The position numbers and the translations under genes were made by a program. Shown here one piece after another: positions 12,153-24,803 of a stretch of 64,000 nucleotides of DNA. Position 1 is the stretch's first letter. Each line of letters opens with the position of its first letter. Under the pieces are notes generated by a model. The model was not told the DNA's origin, ran no database searches, and worked only from the letters and a program-made list of their open reading frames with translations. Location of the stretch: contig CM059432.1 of assembly GCA_030390025.1 (NCBI GenBank), positions 48,796,001 through 48,860,000 of the forward strand, read 5' to 3'. Source of the stretch: Squalus acanthias. Taxonomy: Eukaryota.

Positions 12153-14171
12153 TAGGTAATTAAAAATCTATTTTGTATCAACATTTTTGTGAAGCTAACT
12201 TCACTGCAGCACGTGATAGAATAGAATGAATATAAAGTTTAAACAGTAAATATTGCATGTCTTTATAATGTTTGAAATGAAGTAGTTCTGTTTACTACTT
12301 TACTATTTTGTACAAATGTACAAAATTAACAAAGCATTGAATAAAGGAGTGTTTATTAATTGTTAATATTAATTGTTTTCACATTTGATCTAGTTCTAGA
12401 GTTTGTTTACAGACTGGCTGTGATGTGAGCTTTGGGAGAACTCATCACTCAAAGGATCATTAGAGGCACATAAACCACAAAACAGCTGGATCTTAGCCCC
12501 ACAATTTTCACCATGTGACCTTCAGGGGACTTCAAGGAATTATGAATGGAACAGGAGGAGTTTTGCTGCTAGTTTCTCATCAGTACGATGATCAGATTAA
12601 CTGGAAACTAAATCTGCTCCACCAAGTCATCCAAGCTGCATAATATTAAGCCACATCATCATCCCACTGTGCATCTGGATGTTACCAGAATGCATGTTCT
12701 TATGGACATTTTGAATGGTCTGAAGCAGGTGAAAGCTCTCCCCCAACATGCATGTTAAATGGCCATCACCTGATGTCTCCCCTAATCGTCTATGATCGAC
12801 ACTCAGGCTTACATGGCGTTATACAGTCATGCCCCTGTTGAGGAATTTGCTACAGCTATGCAGCCCTGTTGTTGGTGAAAGCACAGTGCAAAGTCTGGAT
12901 GCTGGGTCTCTCGATTACAGGGCTGTGAGGTGTTTTCCCTCACCAGATGCAACATTGCAGTCCTGCTTGGTCAACCCTGTGCTTATTGCAGGGGTGTGAA
13001 TCTGAGCAATGGGATGTGAAAACAGTCATCTGTGGAGACAGGAAAATATATTTTCATGAATTGGTTTTACCTGCGCTTGAATTGTAGGTGTTTTATAACA
13101 ATACTATTCCAATATACAAATCATTAATTATCTTATTTCAAATACAGCAAACACATATGTATACTGGATAATGTATGTGTATCTTGCAAAACTTTATACT
13201 GATTATTGTTATTGAGCCTAGTATAGAAAACCATTTGAACATCATATTATTTAGGAGTGTATATAGCACTTACCTGAATAGGAAAACTCCAAATATGCGC
13301 TGGCTCCCTTGAACAGATGACTTAAGTCGTTGGCCATCACTTTGTCCATTCAACTGAGGAACCTTTTGAGGGCATTGTGGATGTTTTGTCCTCTGCAATG
13401 TTATTGATTGCAATGTTGTTTTTGGACACATCGTTTAACTTTTTGATGTTTTCTGCTGTACTAGGATTACATAGGATATACAGCACAGAATCAGGCCATT
13501 CGGCCCAACCAGTCTATGCCGGCATTTATGCTCCACTCGAGCCTCCTCCTGTCTTTCCTCATCTAATTCTATCAGCATAACCCTCTATTCCCTTGTCCCT
13601 CATATGCTTATCTAGCCTCCCCTTAAATGCATCTATACTAATCGCTTCAACCACTCCCTGTGGTAGCGACTTCCACATTCTCACCACTCTCTGGGTAAAG
13701 AAATTTCTTCTGAATTCCCTATTTGATTTCTTAGTGACTATCTTATATTGCTCTTCCCCACAAGTAGAAACACCCTCTCTGTGTCAACTCTATCAAAACT
13801 TTTCATAATTTTAAAGACCTCTATTAGGTCACCCCTCAAGAGAAAAGAGACTCAGCCTGTTCATTCTTTCCTGATAGGTATAACCTAGCATTTCTGGTAT
13901 CATCCTTGTAAAGCTTTTTGGACCCTCTCCAGTGCCTCTATATCCTTTTAATAATGTGCCAAGCAGAATTGTACACATTACACCAAGTGTGGTCTAACAA
14001 AGGTTCGATACAAGTTGAGCATAACTTCTCTACTTTTCAATTCTATCCCTTTAGAAATAAACCCTAGTGCTTGGTTTGCTTTTTATTAATCTGCGTTGCT
14101 ACTTTTAGTGATTTTTGTATTTGTACTCCGAGATCCCTTTGCTCTTCTACCTCATTTAGTTTCTCATTTTC

Positions 14172-14710
14172 CAAGGCACAAGTCCAGAGTGTGATGAAAT
14201 ACTCTCCACTTGCCTGGATGAGTGCAGCTCCAACAACACTCAAGAAGCTCGACACCATACAGGACAAAGCAGCCCGCTAGATTGGCACCTCATCCACCAC
14301 CTTAAACATTCACTCCCTCTACCACCGGCGTATCGTGACTGCAGTGTGTACCATCTACAAGATGCACTGCAGCAACTCACCAAGGCTTCTTCAGCAGCAC
14401 CTCCCAAACCCGCGACCTCTACCACCTAGAAGGACAAGGGCAGCAGGCGCATGAGAACACCACCACCTCCAAGTTCCCCTCCAAGTCACACACCATCCTG
14501 ACTTAGAAATATATCACCGATCCTTCATCGTCGCTGGGTCAAATTCCTGGAACTCCCTACCTAACAGCACTCTGGGAGTACCTTCACCACACGGATTGCA
14601 GCGGCTCAAGGCGGCGGCTCACCACCACCTTCTCAAGGGCAATTAGGGATGGGCAATAAATGCTGGCCTTGACAGCGACGCCCACATTGCATAAAGAAAT
14701 AGAAAAAAAA
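14172..14710 (+). mobile_element. 3' fragment of the tRNA-headed LINE family (family B)
   Basis: KAQV.SVM.YSPLAWM coding remnant; tail ctcaagggcaattagggatgggcaataaatgctggcctt followed by an A-rich end. Confidence 0.9.
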
Positions 14711-15185
14711 ATAATATGTGATCTCCCTATTTTTCTTACCAAAATGTAATACCTCACATTTATCTGTGTTGAAATTTATTTGCCAATTATATGCCCATTC
14801 TACAAGTTTATTAATGTCTTCTTGTAATTTGTTGTAGTCCTCCTCAGTATTGCCTATTCCACTCCGCCCTCCCCCCCTCCCGGCCCCCCCCCCCACCCCC
14901 CAAATTTGGCATCATCAGCAAACTTAGAAATTGTGTTTTGGATTCCAATGTCTAAATCGTTAATATAAATTGTGAACAACATTGGACTCAGCACTGATCC
15001 TTGTGGGATCCCACTTTCCACCTTCTGCCACTCTGAATAGCTGCCTTTTACCCCTACTCTCTGCTTTCTGTCTTGAAGCCAGCTAGCTATCCATTCTGCT
15101 ACTTTTGCCCTGACTCCGCATTCTCTGGCCTTATTCATTACTCTTATTATGTTGTAACTGTTTGAAAATCTAGATAAATTACATT

Positions 15186-17728
15186 TAGATACATAGATAC
15201 ATAGAAGATAGGAGCAGGAGTAGGCCATCCGGCCCTTCGAGCCTGCTCCGCCATTTAATGAGATCATGGCTGATCCTCCAATTCAGTATCCCGTCCTCGC
15301 CTTCTCTCCGTAACCCTTAACCCCTTTTGCCTGTAGAAATATATCTAATTCCCTCTTAAATATATTTAATGAGCTGGCGTACACTGCCCTCTGTGGCAAT
15401 GAGTTCCACAGGTTCACCACCCTCTGAGTGAAGAAATTCCCCCTCATTTCTGTCCTAAATGGTTTAGCCCTTATCCTTAAATTATGTCCTCTAGTTCTGT
15501 TCTCACCAGCCAAGGGAAACATTCCTTCTGCATCTAGTCTGTCTAGACCTGTCAGAATTTTATACACTTCTATGAGGTCCCCTCTCAATCTTCTAAACTC
15601 CAGTGTGTACATCCCTAAACTACATAGTCTCTCCTCATAGGTCAATCCCGCCATTCCTGGTATCAGCCTGGTGAATCGCCGCTGCACCCTCTCCATGGCA
15701 AGAACATCTTTCCTCAGATGAGGCGACCAAAACTGTACACAGTACTCGAGGTGTGGTCTCACCAGTGCCCTGTACAGCTGCAGCAAGGTATCCCTGTTCC
15801 TGTATTCCAACCCTTTTGCTATGAAGGCCAGCATACCGTTTGCCTTCTTGATCGCCTGTTGCACCTGCATGCTCGCCTTCAGTGACTGGTGTACAAGAAC
15901 ACCCAGGTCTCTCTGTACTTCCCCCTCTCCCAATTTATTGCCATTTAAATAATAATTTGCCCTCCCGTTCCTGCACCCAAGGTGGATAACTTCGCACTTG
16001 TCCACATTATAGTGCATCTGCCATTTATCCGCCCAATCACCCAGTCTGTCCAAATCGCTCTGGAGCTTCCTGGTCTCCTCCTCTGAGCCCACCCCCCCTC
16101 CTAGTTTAGTGTCGTCTGCAAATTTGGAAATGCTGCATCCGACTCCCTGATCCAGGTCATTAATGTAAATTGTGAACAGCTGGGGACCCAGGACAGATCC
16201 CTGTGGTACCCCACTTGTTACTGCCTGCCATTCAGAAAATGAGCCGTTTATTCCAACTCTCTGTTTTCTATCTGACAGCCAGTTCTCTATCCACGTCAAT
16301 ACTTTCCCCTTTATCCCATGAGCTTCAATTTTCCCTGCTAATCTTTTATGTGGGACCTTATCGAAGGCCTTTTGGAAGTCCAGGTACACCACATCTACTG
16401 GCTCTCCCCCATCTATTTTACCAGTTACTCCCTCAAAAAATTCCAATAGATTAGTCAAGCACGATTTACCCTTTGTAAATCCATGTTGACTCTGTCCTAT
16501 CCTGTCCCCATTTGCTAAGTGCTCCGCTATTTCATCCTTAATGATGGACTCCAGCATTTTACCCACAACTGATGTAAGGCTTACAGGTCTGTAATTACCT
16601 GCTTTTTCCCTACCCCCCTTTTTGAATAGTGGGGTAACGTTAGCTACCCTCCAATCCATGGGCACTGTTCCCAAGTCTAATGAATTCTGAAAAATCATAC
16701 TTAGTGCATCCGCTATCTCTAGGGCCACCTCCTTCAGCACCCTAGGATGCATGTTATCAGGCCCTGGGGATTTGTCCGCCTTCAATCCCTTTAGCTTCCT
16801 TAACAACATATCCTTAGAGATATTGACTTGCGTCAGTTCCTCCTTTGCAAATGTCCCTATTTTTCCCGATATCCCAGGGAGGTTTTTTGTGTCTTCCTTC
16901 GTAAAGACTGACCCAAAGTATGCATTTAGTTGGTCTGCCATTTCTTTATTTCCCGTTATATATTCCCCCGTATCTGACTGCAATGGGCCAACTTTGGTTT
17001 TCACCAGTCTTTTCCTCTTGATATACTTATAAAAGCTTTTGGAGTTAGTTTTTATATTTTCCGCCAGCTTGCTTTCGTAAGCTATTTTGCCCCTCTTGAT
17101 TAAGCCCTTTGTCCTCCTTTGCTCTATCTTAAACTGTTCCCAATCTTCCGCTCTGGCGCTTTTTTTGGCTATTTTATACGCCCTATCTTTGGATTTTATG
17201 CTGTCTCTAATTTCCCCTGTTATCCACGGTTGAGTCACCTTTTTAGATTTCCTTTTATGCCAGATTGGTATAAACAATTTTTGCAATTTTGTCATTCTAT
17301 CTTTAAATGCTTGCCATTGTTTATCTACCTCCAGTCCTCCCAGGAACGTTGTCCAATCAGACCTACTCAGTTCCCGTCTAATGGCATCATAATTCCCCTT
17401 GTTTAAATTCAGGACCTTAGTCTCTGAGTCAATTTCTTCGCTCTCCATTTCGAGTGAGAAATCGATCATGTTATGATCGCTCTGACCCAAGGGTCCCCGT
17501 ACAACAAGATTACTAATTAGTCCCTTCTCATTGCACAGTACCCAGTCCAATATAGCCTGTTCCCGAGTTGGTTCCTCGACATATTGATCCAGATAACCAT
17601 CCCTTAAACACTCAAAGAATTCCTCCTCCTCATTATTTTTACTGATTAGGCTATTCCAATCTATATGTAAGTTAAAGTCACCTATGATGACAGCTGTGCT
17701 CTTATTGCACGCTTCTCTAATTTCCCTC
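15186..17728 (-). mobile_element. Young 5'-truncated CR1 LINE
   Basis: (atagatac)n tail, 3' UTR, and an uninterrupted ORF2 reading frame up to the truncation point inside the endonuclease (IGDFN motif). Confidence 0.95.
15283..17550 (-). CDS. CR1 ORF2 (partial APE endonuclease + reverse transcriptase), 5'-truncated but uninterrupted
   Basis: 755-aa ORF with [24 protein letters not shown] and FADD motifs; the frame stays open upstream to ~17728. Confidence 0.9.
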   Translation of the reverse strand: MDWVLCNEKGLISNLVVRGPLGQSDHNMIDFSLEMESEEIDSETKVLNLNKGNYDAIRRELSRSDWTTFLGGLEVDKQWQAFKDRMTKLQKLFIPIWHKRKSKKVTQPWITGEIRDSIKSKDRAYKIAKKSARAEDWEQFKIEQRRTKGLIKRGKIAYESKLAENIKTNSKSFYKYIKRKRLVKTKVGPLQSDTGEYITGNKEMADQLNAYFGSVFTKEDTKNLPGISGKIGTFAKEELTQVNISKDMLLRKLKGLKADKSPGPDNMHPRVLKEVALEIADALSMIFQNSLDLGTVPMDWRVANVTPLFKKGGREKAGNYRPVSLTSVVGKMLESIIKDEIAEHLANGDRIGQSQHGFTKGKSCLTNLLEFFEGVTGKIDGGEPVDVVYLDFQKAFDKVPHKRLAGKIEAHGIKGKVLTWIENWLSDRKQRVGINGSFSEWQAVTSGVPQGSVLGPQLFTIYINDLDQGVGCSISKFADDTKLGGGVGSEEETRKLQSDLDRLGDWADKWQMHYNVDKCEVIHLGCRNGRANYYLNGNKLGEGEVQRDLGVLVHQSLKASMQVQQAIKKANGMLAFIAKGLEYRNRDTLLQLYRALVRPHLEYCVQFWSPHLRKDVLAMERVQRRFTRLIPGMAGLTYEERLCSLGMYTLEFRRLRGDLIEVYKILTGLDRLDAEGMFPLAGENRTRGHNLRIRAKPFRTEMRGNFFTQRVVNLWNSLPQRAVYASSLNIFKRELDIFLQAKGVKGYGEKARTGY

Positions 17729-18830
17729 GTGCATTACCCTTGTCTACTCTCTCAATTACCTCTTCAAAGAATTCAATGAGGTTGGTCAAGCAAGAGTTTC
17801 TTTTCTGAAATCCACGCTGACTAGTCATTATTATATTTTTGGTTTCTAGATATTCTTCTATTTTTTCCCTTTAGTAGGGATTACATAATTTTTCCTACCA
17901 CTGATGTTAAGCTGACTGGTCTATAGTTCCCTGGACATGTTCTATCTCCCTTCTTAAATATAGGTATTACGTTAGCTATCTGCCAGTCCTCTGGCACTAC
18001 ACCTTTTTCTAATGAATTATTAAATATGTGTAATAATGCCTCTGCCATCTCTTCCCTACATTCTTTTAAAATGCGCGGATGTAATCCGTCTGGACCAGGG
18101 GTTTTATGCTCTGAGTTTGATTAGTTTATTTAATATCTCTCCTCTTTATTTTAAATGTGGTTATACCATTTTAAATCTCATCTTCCGATGTCATGTCCAC
18201 CTGATCTGTCTCCCTGGTAAATACTGAAGCAAAGTAATTATTTAATATTCCTGACATTTCGCTATCGCTGTCTGGGATTTTATCCTGACCGTCCCTATTC
18301 CCATCCCGACTTTCCATTTTTTACTTATGTGCCAGTAGAATATTTTACTATTTTGTTTTATGTTCCTTGATAATTTAATTTCATAGTTCCTCTTTGCCTT
18401 CCTAATTGTTTTTTTGACTTCTCTCTTAATCGCTTCGTATTCTCCCTTGTCATGCACTCCCCTGCTGTCGATGTACTTAATATATGCCTCTTTCCTTACC
18501 CTCAACTTTTATTCATCCATGGTGTCTCATTAGTGTTTAGCTTGTTCTTGATTTTTAGCGGAATACATTTTTCCTGGACTCTGTTGAACACCGTTTTAAA
18601 TGTTTCCTATTGCTGTTCTACATCATTATTTGCCAATATCGTTGTCCATTTTATTTTCTCAAGTTCTATTCTCAGCCCCTCAAAATCAGCTTTTCTGCAA
18701 TCTATTACCCTGGACTTCGTCATACTTATGTCCTTCTCAATTATTATCTTAAAGAGTATTATATTATGGTTGCTATTACCTAGATGTTCCCCTACTTTTA
18801 CTTCTCTTATTGATAGCATAGTGGGAACGA

Positions 18831-18906
18831 TAGTGTAGTGGTTATGTCACTGGGCTAGTACTCCAGAAGCCTGGACTAATAATCTGGAAACGTGAGTTCA
18901 AATCCC
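18831..18906 (+). promoter_or_regulatory. Pol III type-2 internal promoter (A box, B box) at the LINE 5' end
   Basis: TAGTGTAGTGG at 18831-18841; GAGTTCAAATCCC at 18894-18906. Confidence 0.75.
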
Positions 18907-20336
18907 ACCAATGGCAACTGGGGAATTTAAATTTAGTTAATTAAATAAATCTGGAATAAAAAGCTAGTATCAGTAATGGTAACCATGAAACTATCGGATT
19001 GTCGTAAAAACCCATCTGGTTCACTAATGCCCTCTAGGAAATCTGGCCTATGTGTGACTCCAGACCCACAGCAATGTGGTTGACTCTTAACTGCCCTCTG
19101 AAATGGCCAAGCAAGCCACTCAGTTGTAACAAACTGCTACAAACATAATAAGAAAGAAACTGGATGGACCACCTTGGCACACGGCAACGGCACACCCAGG
19201 CCAGTCAACCCTGCAAAGTCCTCCTCACCAACATCAGGGAACTTGTGCCAGAATTGGGAGAGCTGTCCCACATACTAGTCATAGACATACTCACAGAATC
19301 ATACCTTTCAGCCCTGGCTGTCCTCAACTTTGAGTCTGGACCCCATGAAGTCTCATGGCTTCAGGTCAAGCATGGGCAAGGAAATCTTCTGCTGATTACC
19401 ACCTACTGCCCTCCCTCAGCTGATAAATCAGTACTCCTCCATGTTGAACACCACTTGGAAGAAGCAATGAGGCACAGAATGTACTGTGGATGTCCATCAC
19501 CAAGAGTGGCTCGGTAGCACCACTGCTGGCCTGAGTCCTGAAGGACATAGTTGCCAGTTTGGGCCTGCGACAGGTGATGAGAGAACCAACACAAGGGAAA
19601 AACCGACTTTACCTGTCGCAGATGCATCTGTCCATGGTAGCAGTAGCAGTGTCCACTGCACAGTCCTTGTGGAGACGAAGTCCTGTCTTCACACTGAGGA
19701 AAACCGCCGTTCTGTGGCGGCGGCGGCACCACCACCATGCTAAATGGGATAGATTCAGAACTGATCTAGCAGCTCAAAACTGGGCATCCATGAGGAGCTG
19801 TGGGGCAGCAGCAGAATTGTATTCCACCACAATCTGTAACCTCATGGCCCGGCATATCCCTCGCTCTACCATTACCACCAAGCCTGGTTCAATAAGGAGT
19901 GTAGAAGAGCATGCCGGGAGCAGCCCCAGGCGTAGCTAAAAATGAGGTGCCGACCTGGGGAAGCTGCAACACAGGACTGCATGTATGCTAAAAAGCAGAA
20001 GCAGCATGCTATAGACAGGGCTAAGCGATCCCACAATCAACGGATCAGATCAAAGCTCTGCAGTCCTGTCACATCCAGTCGTGAATGGTGATGGACCATT
20101 AAACAACTAACAGGAGGAGGAGGCTCCATGCATATCCCCATTCTCAATGATGGTGGAGCCCAGCACGTGAGTGCAAAAGACAAGGCTGAAGCGTTTGCAG
20201 CCAGAAGTGCCAAGTGGATGATCCATATCGGCTTCCTCCTGAGGTCCCCACCATCACAGAATCCAGTCTTTAGCCAATCCGATTCACTCGACGTGATATC
20301 AAGAAACGGCTCAGCGCACTGGATACAGCAAAGGCT

Positions 20337-21707
20337 ATGGGCCCTGACAATATCCCGGCTATCGTGCTGAAGACTTGTGCTCCAGAACTAGCCGCGCCTC
20401 TAGCCAAGCTGTTCCAGTACAGCTACAACACTGGCATCTATCCGACAATGTGGAAAACTGCCCAGGTATGTCCTGTCCACAAAAAGCAGGACAAATCCAA
20501 TCCGGCCAATTACCGCCCCATCAGTCTACTCTCAATCATCAGCAAAGTGATGGAAGGTGTCATCAACAGTGCTATCAAGTGGCAGTTACTCACCAATAAC
20601 CTGCTCACTGATGCCCAGTTTGGGTTCCGCCAAGACCACACTGCTCCCGACCTCATTACAGCCTTGATCCAAACATGGACAAAGGAGCTGAATTCCAGAG
20701 GTGAGGTGAGAGTGACGGCCCTTGACATCAAGGCAGCATTTGACTGGGTGTGGCATGAAGGAGCCCGAGTAAAATTGAAGTCAATAGGAATCGGGGGGAA
20801 AACTCTCCACTGGCTGGAGTCATATCTAGCACAAAGGAAGATGGTTGTGGTGATTGAAGGTCAATCATCACAGCCCCAGGACATCACTGCAGGAGTTCCT
20901 CAGGGCAGTGTCCTAGGCCCAACCATCTTCAGCTGCTTCATCAATGACCTTCCCTCCAACATAAGGTCAGAAATGGGGATGTTCGCTGATGACTGCACAG
21001 TGTTCAGTGCCATCCACAAATCCTCAGATAATGAAGCAGTCCATGCCCGCATGCAACAAGACCTGGACGACGTTCAGGCTTGGGCTGATAAGTGGCAGGT
21101 AACATTCGCGCCACAGAAGTGCCAGGCAATGACTATCTCCAACAAGCGAGAGTCTAACCACCGCCCCTTGACATTCAATGGCATTACCATCACCGAATCC
21201 CCCACTACCAACATCCTGGAGGTCACCATTGACCAGAAACTTAACTGGACCAGCCACATAAATACTGTGGCAACAAGAGCAGTTCAGAGGCTAGGTATTC
21301 TGCGGCAAGTGTCTCACCTCCTGACTCCCCAAAGCCTTTCTACCATCTGCAAGGCACAAGTAAGGAGTGTGATGGAATACTCTCCACTTGCCTGGATGAG
21401 TGCAGCTTCAACAGCACTCAAGAAGCTCGACGCCATACAGGACAAAGCAGCCCGCTTGATTGGCACCCCATCTATCACCTTAAACATTCACTCCCTCCAC
21501 CACCAGCGTACCGTGGCTGCAGTGTGTACCATCCACAAGATGCACTGCAGCAACTCGCCAAGGCTTCGTCGGCAGCACCTCCCAAACCCATGTCCTCTTC
21601 CACCTAGACTGCAGCGCTTCAAGAAGGCGGCTCACCACCACCTTCTCAAGGGCAATTCGAGATGGGCAATAAGTGCTGGCCTTGCCAGCGAAGTCCACAT
21701 CCCATAA
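20337..21707 (+). pseudogene. Reverse transcriptase domain of the family-B LINE
   Basis: [32 protein letters not shown] and FADD motifs; a deletion near 21608 relative to the 14172-14710 copy removes part of the C-terminus. Confidence 0.9.
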
Positions 21708-22007
21708 ACGAATTTAAAAAAAAAATCTGCTCTGGTTTTTTCCCCATTACTAGATCCAGTAGTGAATCCTCCCTTGTTGGGCTTCTTACATATTGGGTTA
21801 GAAAGGTGTCCTGTACACATTGTAGGAACACCATTCCCTTATCCCTACCTCTTCTGGCCAATTCATTTTGGGGTAGTTGAAATTCCCCATGATTATTATG
21901 CTATGTTTTTTACTCATTTCCCTAATTTGTTTGCATATTTCTTCCTCCACTTCCCTTCTACTATTAGGTGGTCTATAGACTACCCCAATTAGTGTGATTG
22001 ATTCTAA

Positions 22008-22872
22008 GGGGGAGAAATTCAGTATCGCCCCGTTTGGGGCGCAATTATCGGCCGGGAGCAAAGTTTAGCGCCTGGTGCTAATTATCGCCTCCAACTGCAA
22101 ACTTGGCTTCTATCGCCCCTGGAGGTGATTGGAGCGCTAAATCAGGCGCTACACACCTCTCTTAAGGCGCTAACGTCGAGGAGCGTGGCGCTACCTCAGA
22201 GCGCTGGTGAAGCTCATGTGATGTCAGTCAGCAATGGAACACTGACACACTGGCGCCGGCCAGTTCTTAAAGGGAAGGGTCGATCTTGCTCTCCATCCAC
22301 ACCCTGCTCATTACAGCCTTGAATCTCGGCCTGGAGAGACCTGTGCATCAAATCTGCTGGAAAGAACAAGGGAGAGGCCCAGGGAAAGAGCTCAGAGTGC
22401 AGCCCCCATAGTCTCTTCTAAATCGATGCAAAGAAGTTCAAATCAAAATGAACCTGCAAAGTGCTGCTCAGTACCCAAAACTTCTTCACACAGCGCTGAA
22501 TCTCTCCAGAAGTCTCTCTCTCTCAGAATGCGTGGTGCAAAAATGTCGCCGACAACACAAAGGCAGGAATTGGTCGCCTTTAAATAGCGCTCCCCCAGTC
22601 CCTTCCCGACTGCAAAACGCTTCCCTCAAACTGTCGTTGCTAGCAGCAGGCGGTAAGGCAGGGGGCGCCACTCAATATCCGGTCCGGGGCGCTACCGGGG
22701 CGTTGCACGCTCGACTGACGTCATGATCTACGGGCGCAGGAGATCGTGGTGGTAGTGTTTTGCGCCGCCGCAAAATGTCTGGTCAATTTCGCAAGCAAAC
22801 ATCGCCGCGCCCGGGCGCTAGGTGCTTTGCGCCCCATTAGCGGGAGGCGCAAAGCAACCGAATTTTTCCCCC
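22008..22872. mobile_element. PIF/Harbinger-like MITE (865 bp)
   Basis: TIRs GGGGGAGAAATTC / GAATTTTTCCCCC; TSD TAA at 22005-22007 and 22873-22875; removal restores the host CR1 frame. Confidence 0.9.
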
Positions 22873-24061
22873 TAAATCTTTTATCTCTATCCACATGGAT
22901 TCTATTTCTGTCTTACCGATAGCTGCATCACTTTTTTCTACTGCCATTATGTTATCTCTAATATGTACAGCGACTACGCCGCCCCTTTTTCCCTCTCTAT
23001 CTTTTCTAAACATTTATCACTTTGAAAACACTGTGACTTGAAACATATTGATCCCAAACATTTTGCTAGCCTCCCTCAACAGGCAAAGATATTCAAATGC
23101 CAAGGAATACTCATTTCAATTTGATGAACTATTTCACAAATACAAACAATTCCAGTTCACTAAGACATGGTCCAGTGTGTTTGAACATAATCACTGTCTC
23201 CCTAAAAATGATGCACATATCTCCTCCACCGGTCTCTCTCAGTACCCTCAGATATAGTCCATCTATCCTTGGGATTTACTGATTTTAAGTCCCTTCAATC
23301 TGTTTAGATCCTCTGCTTCACTAACATTGTCATCAGGGTCTTTTATCAATGCCCTACGATTCACACTCTAATCAAATCACTCTTCTCAGAGGCTGCAGGC
23401 GCAGAAAGGTGAAGGCTGTTGGTGATCGGTACTCTGCACAAGAGGATTCACCAGGAGCTTGGAGCAGGATAAAATCTCAACCTTTCTGCAAAGCTCCATC
23501 CATCACCTCTCTCGTTTTGCAGCATGCTGAAGAGGAGAGAGACTTGGTTAGAGAGCAGACATGGAGCTGTCGGGAAAGGGTGATCGCATTATGAGAGATG
23601 GCAAGCTATCAACCCATATAGCAGCCTTGAAAACATCATGACCGGTGTGGATAAGAACTGTGTGGACTTATTTTACAGTAGTAGCGGGTATTCTTCCATC
23701 TTCATGTTGGCATTGATGCTATTTTATTTATAAAATCCATATATATTTATTATACAATTAACTCTCACTTTGAGCTCAGTCACTAAATTCTGAACAACTT
23801 ATATGGTTTACAAGAGAAAAGCATGCATGAAGTAGTCAGTGCATGAAATTGAAAAATGGGCTACATCTCACTTTTCATCAGTTATTCCTTTTAAGTGGCT
23901 TAATTGTGAAAGAAGCATTATTCGGGGTGCATAATTATGGACTTCTCTTCTTTTGATCCTTCTAACAGATTCAGATTGCATGTACCTGCCCACTTTGATT
24001 TGGGTATGTTATTATTTCAATATAAGGGTAATGAATACTACGTTAAGGAAAAGAAGATAAT

Positions 24062-24803
24062 GGCCCAGAAATTGATCTCGCTCTGTTCCCGCGGGGGTAA
24101 GGCTTCCCCGCGATCTCTCACTCCGCTTGTGCTTTTTCAGATCCAGCTCGCACGAACTTGATGTTCCAGACATCAGCTGGACAGTGCTTGCGTATCCCAC
24201 CGGCGTAGTGAATTCGTGCGAGCTGTGGGATCACGTGACTCAGTTAGAGCCAATGGCAGCACACCATCCTCCATTCATAAGTTTCACATATGTGCTGTGA
24301 AATCTATGAATCTTACACCCCCCCAAAATAACAGCTAAACCTCAATTAAATAAAAAAAAAACCATCACATTAATAAAATAAGTATAGTTAAATAAATTAA
24401 CCATTTTAAATAAAAAATTAAATTTTTGAAAAAATTTAAAATCTTTTAAAAAGTTATAAAAATAAACTTACCTGTCTTTAAAGTCTCTAAAAAAGATATA
24501 CCTGTTAAAAAAAATTCAAAAAAATACTTAATTCACTACTTACCTTGTTAAAAGTGGGTCTTACTCCTTCTTTTTCCATTTCTAAAATCTTCCGTACTTA
24601 CCTGCGCGTCCAAAGCATGAAGTGCACAGCGTGCGCACAGCCTGTAGCGCGCACGCGATGCACCGAGGAACCGCCCCCTTTTCCAAAGACCAAGTGCCGG
24701 TTTTCAGCGCATGCGCAGGGCATGCAGAAAACCGGCAATTGGAGAGAGAATACGCGAGAGTACGCACTGCGTACTCTCGCGCAGCGGGATGAATTTTTGG
24801 CCC
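24062..24803. mobile_element. PIF/Harbinger-like MITE with AT-rich core
   Basis: TIRs ggcccagaaatt / aatttttggccc; TSD AAT at 24059-24061 and 24804-24806. Confidence 0.8.

Larger units (their letters stand above)
18811..21725 (+). mobile_element. Near full-length single-ORF APE-RT LINE (CR1-group, family B) with tRNA-derived 5' head; degenerate copy
   Basis: Inserted as one block into a CR1 whose frame rejoins; head with A/B boxes; APE remnants (VLLTNIREL, YCPPS) from ~19215; RT ORF 20337-21707; A-rich tail; internal deletions and frameshifts. Confidence 0.9.
13465..23012 (-). mobile_element. Older CR1 LINE (APE through 3' tail) hosting four nested insertions
   Basis: Host segments 13465-14171, 14711-15185, ~17729-18810, 21726-22007 and 22873-23012; frame rejoins across inserts (PEQI|REVKVGEHLG; WIEIKDL|ESITLIGVVYRPP; 5'-most FRKDREGKRGG). 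Confidence 0.9.

Noticed and set aside
18831..18910. Possible tRNA gene (also SINE heads at ~9640, ~8200, ~34670, ~28780)
   Set aside because: No acceptor stem pairing or downstream T-run terminator; continuous with retroelement bodies
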